A DNA stretch of 64,000 nt from the IMG/VR virus record IMGVR_UViG_3300044796_000394, one strand, 5' to 3'. The notes beneath the pieces are model-generated. The model searched no databases and was not told the DNA's origin. It saw only the letters and a program-made list of their open reading frames with translations. This DNA is from a virus (lineage: Duplodnaviria > Heunggongvirae > Uroviricota > Caudoviricetes). Each line of letters opens with the position of its first letter. Position 1 is the first letter of the stretch. The translations under genes and the position numbers were made by a program. Below are positions 49,082 to 56,253 of the stretch, in pieces.

Positions 49082-50669
49082 TTAACTTGTGAAACAAAGG
49101 CGAAGAATTACCCAGACGACTCTTGAACTCTGGATGCGCCTGAACTCCCACAAAGAATGGATGCACCTTTGTATCTAATTCCATCACTTCAATCAATCCC
49201 GTTTGAGGATTGGTACCAGACACCTTAAACCCATGTTCAGTAAATTGCCCTGTGTACGCAGCATTAACTTCATAACGGTGCCGGTGTCTTTCGGAAATTA
49301 ACTTCTTTCCGTACGCCTTATATGCCAACGAGTCCTTAACCAACTCACAATCATAAGCACCCAATCTCAACGTTCCGGACTTGGTCTTAACACTTTGTTG
49401 CCCTTCAATGTAATGTACAACGTGCGAACCCTTCGTTGCGCTGAATTCTTGACTCGTAGCATCCTCAATGCCAATATGACGAGCAAATTCAATCACCGCA
49501 CATTGCAACCCCAAGCAGATGCCAAGGAAAGGTATCTTACGTTCCCGTACATACTCAATCGCCCTAATCTTGCCCTCTACTCCACGATTGTCAAAGCCGC
49601 CCGGTACAATCACACAGTCAATTCCCTCAAAGAACTTCTGCATACCTCTGAGAGTATGACATTCTTCCAATCGCTCAGCCTCAATCCAACGAATATTCGC
49701 TTTGGCATTGTTACTCACCGCTGCATGATAAATGGCTTCCTTCAAACTGAGGTACGCATCCGTCATACTGGTGTACTTGCCAATGATGCCTATATTCAAA
49801 TGTGGCATGTCTTTGGCGTTAACGTACTTCTCTACCAATTCCCGATATTTATGGATTCTAACCCCCGTACGACGCAAATGGAACCTATCTGCGATCAGAT
49901 CATCCACATGTCTCGTATAGAACGTAATCGGAACTTCGTACACGCTGCTAGTGTCTGGAGCATCGAATACCGCTTCCTTGGAAATCCCTGTTAACTCAGA
50001 AATCTTGGCAAGCAACTTTTCGGGGCATGGCCGATCAGTACGACAAATCAAAACATCAGGAAACAAACCAAATTGCTGTAATTCCGTAATGCTCTTCTGT
50101 AACGGCTTAGTTTTGAATTCCCCAATCGTGTTAACCCACAAAATCGGGGCAACATGGCAAAGCATGACGTTATTTGGGCCGTGCTTATGTCGGAATTGCT
50201 GAATGGCCATCATGAAGTGGCCGCTTTCCAAATCGCCTACAGTACCACCGATTTCAACGATCACGATGTCATGGTCTTTACCGAAGTCTTCTAGGATTGC
50301 GTGAATTTTATTGGTGACGTGGGGATGGATTTGAATTGTTTGACCGAGATACTTGCCTTCTTTCTCTTCATCAAAAACCTGTGAGAGAAGGTGGCCGTTA
50401 GTACAGATGTTCTTTTGTGAGACCTCGATACCAGTGATGCGTTCGTAAGTTCCTAAATCCAAGTCGGTTTCGGAACCATCGTCGCACACAAGGCATTCAC
50501 CATGCTGGTACGGTGAAAGTGTGGATGCCGATCTGTTGAGATAGGGGTCGAATTTGATGATATTAATTTTTTCCCCCCGCATCTTCAAAAGCAAACCGAT
50601 AGAAGCCGCCGACACACCCTTACCACAACCACTGATTACGCCGCCTGTCACAAAAATATATTTGCACAT
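49014..50669 (-). CDS. pyrG: CTP synthase
   Basis: KYIFVTGGVISGCGKG, DPYLN, EIGGTVGD, KTKP, GICLGLQ, RHRHRYEVN and QAHPEF motifs. Confidence 0.98.
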   Translation of the reverse strand: MCKYIFVTGGVISGCGKGVSAASIGLLLKMRGEKINIIKFDPYLNRSASTLSPYQHGECLVCDDGSETDLDLGTYERITGIEVSQKNICTNGHLLSQVFDEEKEGKYLGQTIQIHPHVTNKIHAILEDFGKDHDIVIVEIGGTVGDLESGHFMMAIQQFRHKHGPNNVMLCHVAPILWVNTIGEFKTKPLQKSITELQQFGLFPDVLICRTDRPCPEKLLAKISELTGISKEAVFDAPDTSSVYEVPITFYTRHVDDLIADRFHLRRTGVRIHKYRELVEKYVNAKDMPHLNIGIIGKYTSMTDAYLSLKEAIYHAAVSNNAKANIRWIEAERLEECHTLRGMQKFFEGIDCVIVPGGFDNRGVEGKIRAIEYVRERKIPFLGICLGLQCAVIEFARHIGIEDATSQEFSATKGSHVVHYIEGQQSVKTKSGTLRLGAYDCELVKDSLAYKAYGKKLISERHRHRYEVNAAYTGQFTEHGFKVSGTNPQTGLIEVMELDTKVHPFFVGVQAHPEFKSRLGNSSPLFHKLIEIAMERKGIKNEPVVEEEVPR

Positions 50670-50817
50670 TATTCTGTTGCCTCTTCCTTCTGTAATGGTT
50701 GGGCACTCCCAAAGCCATATGTTTAACCTATATCTACAGTTAGTGTATTACACCAAGAATGATATTACCATTTTTGCCTATATAATCAACCCCATCACCC
50801 TTCAACGAGGTGTCCCA

Positions 50818-51228
50818 TTGCCATTCAACGTCATTTGTGAAAAATTAGCAAAAAAAGTAACTACGTGGGCTGGTTCCACCAATGCCACTATACTTGCTTT
50901 TGCTCTTATTATCAGTTGGACAATCGGGGGACTCTTTGAGGGCTTTTCCGATTCTTACCAAATGATAATTAATACCGGTACCACCATCATCACTTTCCTG
51001 ATGGTATTCCTCATCCAGCGTACCCAAAACAAAGACTCAACCGCAATACAACTCAAACTCAATGAACTCATCGCTTCCGTGGATGGTTCCAGCAACCGTT
51101 TACTCAATATCGAAGACCTATCCGAGTCTGATATCGAAATACTGCGCAAGAGGTACCGTAGTCTGGCTCTAAGAACCAAATCCGACGATAACTTTACGAG
51201 TCGTCACACAATCGAAGAGATTGAATGA
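50818..51228 (+). CDS. Low-affinity iron permease (Fet4-like) family protein
   Basis: FSDSYQMIINTGTTIITFLMVFLIQRTQNKD..AIQLKLNELI; TTG start behind GAGG. Confidence 0.88.
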   Translation: MPFNVICEKLAKKVTTWAGSTNATILAFALIISWTIGGLFEGFSDSYQMIINTGTTIITFLMVFLIQRTQNKDSTAIQLKLNELIASVDGSSNRLLNIEDLSESDIEILRKRYRSLALRTKSDDNFTSRHTIEEIE

Positions 51229-51229
51229 C

Positions 51230-51916
51230 TTACAGTTTCTCTTTGAATGAAAACATGACCGCACCCCAGAGACGAGGATTGGAAATAACAGGCTTGAACT
51301 CTACCTTCTTACGCTTCTTAGCGACTTGATAGCATACTACGATACGGACATCATTGCCGTCACCATAGTTCGTTCCGCTGTCATGAATGAGATTCCAGTC
51401 ACTTGGAATCGTTACAGAGTCAGAATAAGCAGAGCCGCCAATAGCGAGAACTCCGTAAACCAACCAATTCTTGTGCCCTACCTTGAAAGTACCAGCATCC
51501 ACAGCAGCATTAACTGTTGAGGAATAAGCACTGCTCATCTTTTCAAAGGTTCCAATATTGTACCACTCATCATTAGCAATCAAGCGGTGTTTGGAAAGTT
51601 GGTGAGCCACAGTTACCGTAGTATCAACATTGACCACCGCTGCCAATTTGCTGAATACCGACAAGGCAAAAGTTCCGAACAAAACCTCTTTGATGAGGTT
51701 ATAGGAACTTCCTTGGGTGTCAGTACAAGTTGCGGCGGTTGTGTGACCAGTATCACCGGGGCCAGCAACGTGCATTACAAAGTTCGTGTAATTAACAGCC
51801 GTGACTTCGGTTGGAGCCGTTTCTGCTGTTACGGCAATCGTAGTTGTCGTAGTATCAGAACCTGCACTAACGGCTGTCGGGCCAAATGAGCGGTCGAATG
51901 TAATCTTATGTGCCAT
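51230..51916 (-). CDS. Putative virion structural protein (Thr/Ala-rich)
   Basis: Beta-rich composition; TAAATA box and AAGGA RBS upstream. Confidence 0.55.
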   Translation of the reverse strand: MAHKITFDRSFGPTAVSAGSDTTTTTIAVTAETAPTEVTAVNYTNFVMHVAGPGDTGHTTAATCTDTQGSSYNLIKEVLFGTFALSVFSKLAAVVNVDTTVTVAHQLSKHRLIANDEWYNIGTFEKMSSAYSSTVNAAVDAGTFKVGHKNWLVYGVLAIGGSAYSDSVTIPSDWNLIHDSGTNYGDGNDVRIVVCYQVAKKRKKVEFKPVISNPRLWGAVMFSFKEKL

Positions 51917-52018
51917 GAATTTTTCCTTTAACTTATTTATCCCGAAGCCAAAAATCTCTACAGTAGGTTAGTAAAACTTATGAAATCTAATTTTCTATTT
52001 AGCTATCTAAATATCACC

Positions 52019-52273
52019 ATGCTAAAATTTAACGAATATCACCAAATCCAAGAGTCTGCCGTAAACGAAATTCTCGTTAATCCTGCACTCAAACTCAAAA
52101 TTCGCAAGAATCAATTTGGTGAGTTTGAAGTACGTGTTTTGAGACTCGTTGGCAAAGTATGGCGTTCCAACGAAAAGGAAACTGCCTTTATGAGCGATCT
52201 TCAAGATGCCATTGGTACGATGCAAGATATGGCACGGAGGATGACCGTTTCCTCCGCACCAAATCAAGCTTAA
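52019..52273 (+). CDS. Hypothetical protein with a capsid-targeting-like N-terminus
   Basis: MLKFNEYHQIQES; TAAATA box 5 nt upstream. Confidence 0.6.
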   Translation: MLKFNEYHQIQESAVNEILVNPALKLKIRKNQFGEFEVRVLRLVGKVWRSNEKETAFMSDLQDAIGTMQDMARRMTVSSAPNQA

Positions 52274-54544
52274 CTAGAACGAAACGGCACAAGCGCCTCC
52301 TGCACAAGCTGCCTCTCCAATCAAGTTAGTTTCATCACTATCTTCGGTGAGTGAGGCGTAATCAACGTGCTTCCATTCACGCTTTAAGTCACACCACATT
52401 TTCCAATTGCTGACTTCTTTCAAGCAATAAATCATTCTACCTTTGTCGCCACTAAAGTAGCGGTCGGCAAATTGTTCTGCCCGACGTACCCAATCTATTT
52501 TCAGATCGTATTTGTTTAACCAATTAGGATTGTCCGGCTTTGCAACTTTATTAATACCACGCAAAGTATCACAAGCAACCCACAAGCTATCAAAAGCGTG
52601 AAGGCCATCCACAATTAACCCTGATGCGAAGATAGAGGCATCTCCATACTTGGCAACCAATTCTTCCGGCGTACTCACAGCACAGAACGGAGCTTGCGGA
52701 TAATCCAAATCACCAGTTGAAGGCAACAAACTGATACCTGCGAAGAATTCACGATTGTCATAGATGTAATTTTCTACTTCATCCCATTCTTCAGGTTTAA
52801 CTGAAACGGTATTAGAAACATTGTGACGAAGCCAAGGCTGCGCACATCGTTCAAGTCTAGTACCGGCACTCACCCAATTCTGTTGTGTCAATTTGACAAA
52901 CTTCAAAAGGTTAATAGCGCTGATATGCTCTTTCGTCAAAGCCTTATCATCAACTTCAATACAGAACGTCAAGATGGAATCATGACCATTCTTTGACCAA
53001 ACACTCTTTTCACAAGCCAACGGATTGACATCAGCAAAGAATTTCAATGGTGCTTCAAGGTTGTTACCCTGTACTCGTCGGAAATATCTCTTGCTGTGGT
53101 GAGGGTGGACGCCCGATGACGTTCCCAACATACAACTTGTCGTACCAGCAGGCTTGATACAAGTGCATCTGGCAGCAGGATTGATCCCCAACTCTACCGC
53201 AAATTCACCGTTAACTTCCTTGATAATTTCAGCCATCTTACGCTGAATATCAGGACTGAACATCACTCTGGAATTTTCCATCATTCCCGTAATACTGACG
53301 CCCAACAACGCTTCTCTAGCCGTAATCCGCTCACTGACTTCACCCAGATAAGGGAAAGACGTATAGCTGGCTTGGAGCGTACCGATGATAGCACCTGCAC
53401 GAGCAGCTACCTCAAAATCTTCTTCATTCTCAATCATCTTGCCGTTGATTTCGGTCAAGTTACAGAACTGCCAACCACTGTTTCCAAATTCATCATAAGC
53501 GTACAGGGCGATTTCAACGCAAGGGTTGAAACCACATTCTTCGCTGTCCGACCAGATGAATCCGGGTTCGCCGTATTCCTTAACCCAAGTCATCAGGTTT
53601 TTGAATTGCTCTTTGGTGGTCTTATTACGAATTAACAAGGCACTATTGTTGCTTCTTGCTCGTTGTGGGTTTTCATAGAACCAGTTACCGGTCTTGGCCT
53701 TGGCCATTTCCATATCGTCTGGACTGAATAAACAGATCGTAGCCGAACGACGAACACCACCGCTGAGAACGGCATCGGATGCGTACATCACAATGTCGTA
53801 AGCATCAATAGGTCTTAGAGCAACCGTTTCCGGGTTAATTGTAATTCTAGCGTGTAGTTCATTCTTGACAACTACTTCCGGTGTATTCAATTCGCTATCG
53901 CACTTTATGTCAAACTTAAGACGATTATCAAGCAGCTTGCGAATTAACTCTAATGATTTTTCCAGCGGTTCAGGGCCGGGGCATTTACCTGAGCCTGATG
54001 ACAGTGGGGTACCTTTAGGGCTGATGTTGGCGTAATCGAATTCAACCGTGTAGCCGAAGTAATCGGAGTCTGGATTCGTGTAGGAATCGATGAGGACGCC
54101 TAGAGAGTCGCCCCAACCTGCGATAGAATCGGGAATGAGGTATGTCATTCCACCATTGGCAGGTTTATGCAATACTGGCAACTTAGCAACGTGGTGCTTC
54201 TGTACAGAGAAACCTACGCCACTTCCGCAGAGGAGGAGGTAGAAGGCTTCTTGGAAAAAGCGTGGTCGGTCGCAATAAGAGAAACAGCAGTTGTAAATCC
54301 GAGCATTAACCTTTTCAATTGGCTTGCCACCGAATTGCAATGCTCGCTGAGAACCGAGTACTCTTTTTTCCAGTACACGATCAAAGGCCCAATTGATTTT
54401 TTCTTCGGCGTGTGAATGCTTTCTGATGTGCATTTGTCTGACACGATCTACCGCTTCTGGCCATGTTTCACGACGTTTTTTATCTTCTAGGTATCTTGCG
54501 TATTTGCTTGTGTATGTGTAATCTTGTAACGCTTCTACTGACAT
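52274..54544 (-). CDS. nrdJ: Ribonucleotide reductase, class II-like (adenosylcobalamin-dependent type)
   Basis: KYARY...RRETW, YNC, GGVRRSA, NPCVEI, CNLTEI, IKPAGTTS and C-terminal CAGGAC; no beta-subunit gene seen in the window. Confidence 0.85.
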   Translation of the reverse strand: MSVEALQDYTYTSKYARYLEDKKRRETWPEAVDRVRQMHIRKHSHAEEKINWAFDRVLEKRVLGSQRALQFGGKPIEKVNARIYNCCFSYCDRPRFFQEAFYLLLCGSGVGFSVQKHHVAKLPVLHKPANGGMTYLIPDSIAGWGDSLGVLIDSYTNPDSDYFGYTVEFDYANISPKGTPLSSGSGKCPGPEPLEKSLELIRKLLDNRLKFDIKCDSELNTPEVVVKNELHARITINPETVALRPIDAYDIVMYASDAVLSGGVRRSATICLFSPDDMEMAKAKTGNWFYENPQRARSNNSALLIRNKTTKEQFKNLMTWVKEYGEPGFIWSDSEECGFNPCVEIALYAYDEFGNSGWQFCNLTEINGKMIENEEDFEVAARAGAIIGTLQASYTSFPYLGEVSERITAREALLGVSITGMMENSRVMFSPDIQRKMAEIIKEVNGEFAVELGINPAARCTCIKPAGTTSCMLGTSSGVHPHHSKRYFRRVQGNNLEAPLKFFADVNPLACEKSVWSKNGHDSILTFCIEVDDKALTKEHISAINLLKFVKLTQQNWVSAGTRLERCAQPWLRHNVSNTVSVKPEEWDEVENYIYDNREFFAGISLLPSTGDLDYPQAPFCAVSTPEELVAKYGDASIFASGLIVDGLHAFDSLWVACDTLRGINKVAKPDNPNWLNKYDLKIDWVRRAEQFADRYFSGDKGRMIYCLKEVSNWKMWCDLKREWKHVDYASLTEDSDETNLIGEAACAGGACAVSF

Positions 54545-54598
54545 TCTGATCCTTAATTCTTAAACTTTGAGGGAAGGTATTTAAAGTGATACCGTCAA

Positions 54599-54778
54599 TT
54601 ATTCTTTAAATTGTTGAGCAAAAGAGTTCAAATCAATGAAATGTTCCTTTAAAATGCCCGGAAATGATTCTTCTGCTTGTTTTAGAATTTCGGCATCAGA
54701 CGGAGTAGTAAGACTTTCATGATCGGCAGCTTGGAACCAATACAAAATACGATTTGCATCTTCTTTAGTTAAATTCAT
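54599..54778 (-). CDS. Small hypothetical protein (59 aa; not in the ORF track)
   Basis: MNLTKEDANRILYWFQAADHES...; ATGA overlap with the last array gene; lacks the array tag. Confidence 0.55.
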   Translation of the reverse strand: MNLTKEDANRILYWFQAADHESLTTPSDAEILKQAEESFPGILKEHFIDLNSFAQQFKE

Positions 54779-54996
54779 TCTGACTCTTCTTTCAATATTT
54801 CACATTTGATTTTTGGTTTTTTTATTCTAATAAGCGGTGTTGTTAACAATATCGAATCCATTGACGGATAGGCTCTTCGTATCAGAGGCATATGCAAAGT
54901 CGGATACGTTAAAGTCGGATACGTTCTACGATTTTCCGGAATCTCTTTGAGTGGAATTTCCTTAAATCCTTTTAATTTTTCAATACGTTCTGGCAT
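54775..54996 (-). CDS. Tagged mini-gene 6 with a major-capsid (Gol-region)-like peptide
   Basis: MPLIRRAYPSM; tag IKKPKIKCEILKEE. Confidence 0.8.
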   Translation of the reverse strand: MPERIEKLKGFKEIPLKEIPENRRTYPTLTYPTLHMPLIRRAYPSMDSILLTTPLIRIKKPKIKCEILKEESE

Positions 54997-55319
54997 TATT
55001 CTTCCCCCAATATTTCACATTGGATTTTAGACTTTTTCAACACGTAAGGCTTAGTACACTCATAGGCATAACTGTATTCATCCTGCCATCGTTCATTGCC
55101 GTTAAAAGTTGTACCAGAACCAACACCACGGGAACTGATACCAACACGAGGCATGGGAACGGCCAAAATAGATGGATTTTGAGCCATGACTTCAAGTTTC
55201 AATTTCTGCAATTGCTTAATTTTCAATTCTGCTATTATTTTTTCTTGTTCTGTCTTTGTGAGCTCTTTGAATTCTTTCAAAAAATTCTCTACAATTCTAA
55301 TTTCACTTTCAGTTGGCAT
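54996..55319 (-). CDS. Tagged mini-gene 5 with portal-like and prohead-protease-like peptides
   Basis: IKQLQKLKLEVMAQNPSILAVPMP then RVGISSRGVGSG; tag LKKSKIQCEILGEE. Confidence 0.85.
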   Translation of the reverse strand: MPTESEIRIVENFLKEFKELTKTEQEKIIAELKIKQLQKLKLEVMAQNPSILAVPMPRVGISSRGVGSGTTFNGNERWQDEYSYAYECTKPYVLKKSKIQCEILGEE

Positions 55320-55630
55320 TATTCAATCTCCTTTAATATTTCGCATTTTATTTTTGATTTTTTGATACGAATGTAACCATAGTTAGTTTGCATGATAGGA
55401 TCTGCTGAATGTGAGACAGTTAATGGCTCGCCCCACGAATTTTGAAGAATAATCTCCCCACATGGATTTGCGCCAACATAATTAACAGAATGACTCCAAA
55501 CATTACGATCTGCAAACTGAGACGGAATATTAACTAGCGGTATACCCGATGACATACCATATTCAACTTCATCCCATTGTGATGACAATGATGATGAAAT
55601 TGATGTTGGCCACGTTGCATAAACTGGCAT
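55319..55630 (-). CDS. Tagged mini-gene 4 with tail-tube-like and RNR-like peptides
   Basis: WPTSI...WDEVEY and GANPCGEIIL; tag IKKSKIKCEILKEIE; start at the TAATG overlap. Confidence 0.8.
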   Translation of the reverse strand: MPVYATWPTSISSSLSSQWDEVEYGMSSGIPLVNIPSQFADRNVWSHSVNYVGANPCGEIILQNSWGEPLTVSHSADPIMQTNYGYIRIKKSKIKCEILKEIE

Positions 55631-55833
55631 TATTCTTCCCCTAATATTTCGCAAGTAATTTTTGGTTTTGGAAAATATGATCCAAAAACTTGTTGGTGGT
55701 AATCTGCTGGCAGTGCGTAATGATGCCTATAATTTTTGTTGAAAATTTGTGATTGTGTGATTCCACAATGTCTGTATAAAGCAGCCATCACCTCTCGCTT
55801 CAAAGCCTCCAAAGTTTCTTCTTCAGTTTTCAT
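55630..55833 (-). CDS. Tagged mini-gene 3
   Basis: EETLEALKREVMAAL; tag PKPKITCEILGEE. Confidence 0.8.
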   Translation of the reverse strand: MKTEEETLEALKREVMAALYRHCGITQSQIFNKNYRHHYALPADYHQQVFGSYFPKPKITCEILGEE

Positions 55834-56029
55834 CTGGCAGCTCCTTTAATATTTCGCATATGATCTTGGATTTCTTTTTCGATTTCTCCGAGCTCCAGCT
55901 ATGATCAAACGGATCGTGCCAAACGTAATCGTCAGAGTAAGAGTTGGCGTACGAATACGAATATAATGATGTTGATGCCGCTGGCACATCAACCGTGATG
56001 TTCATATCTTCAATAACAACTTGTGGCAT
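55823..56029 (-). CDS. Tagged mini-gene 2
   Basis: PQVVIEDMNITVDVPAA; tag KKKSKIICEILKE. Confidence 0.8.
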   Translation of the reverse strand: MPQVVIEDMNITVDVPAASTSLYSYSYANSYSDDYVWHDPFDHSWSSEKSKKKSKIICEILKELPDEN

Positions 56030-56253
56030 TACTCTTCCCCCAATATTTCACAGGTGATTTTAGACTTGATTTTAGGCTTAACAATTTGTTTGCCGTATCT
56101 TGTCAAGGTAGGTGTGGTGGCGATACCGTGGTAATACAATGGATTGACACGGGTACGGTAACTTTCACGGGCTGCTGTTTCGCTCGTATAATAATCATAA
56201 TACGAAGACAAGTTGATTGGCGTATTGCCTGTTTTTACTGCTTCTATTTTCAT
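56029..56253 (-). CDS. Tagged mini-gene 1 with sheath-like and capsid-C-terminus-like peptides
   Basis: RESYRTRVNPL and LTRYGKQIVKP; tag IKSKITCEILGEE; ATGA overlap with the SbcC-like stop. Confidence 0.8.
   Translation of the reverse strand: MKIEAVKTGNTPINLSSYYDYYTSETAARESYRTRVNPLYYHGIATTPTLTRYGKQIVKPKIKSKITCEILGEE

Larger units (their letters stand above)
54775..56072 (-). repeat. Six dispersed ~40-bp coding repeats at the 3' end of each mini-gene
   Basis: Core TG(T/C)GAAATATT(G/A) in all six, typically AAAAT-N4-core-(GG/AA)(G/A)GA...TAATGCC, spaced about 200-325 nt apart. Confidence 0.92.

Noticed and set aside
54775-56253. CRISPR array interpretation of the periodic repeat
   Set aside because: The repeats are degenerate, protein-coding and vary at synonymous sites; the intervening segments are about 160-290 nt open frames; no cas genes are seen in the window.
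54775-56253. Diversity-generating retroelement or integron cassette array
   Set aside because: No reverse transcriptase, adenine-specific TR/VR pair, integrase or attC-like palindromes were seen in the window.
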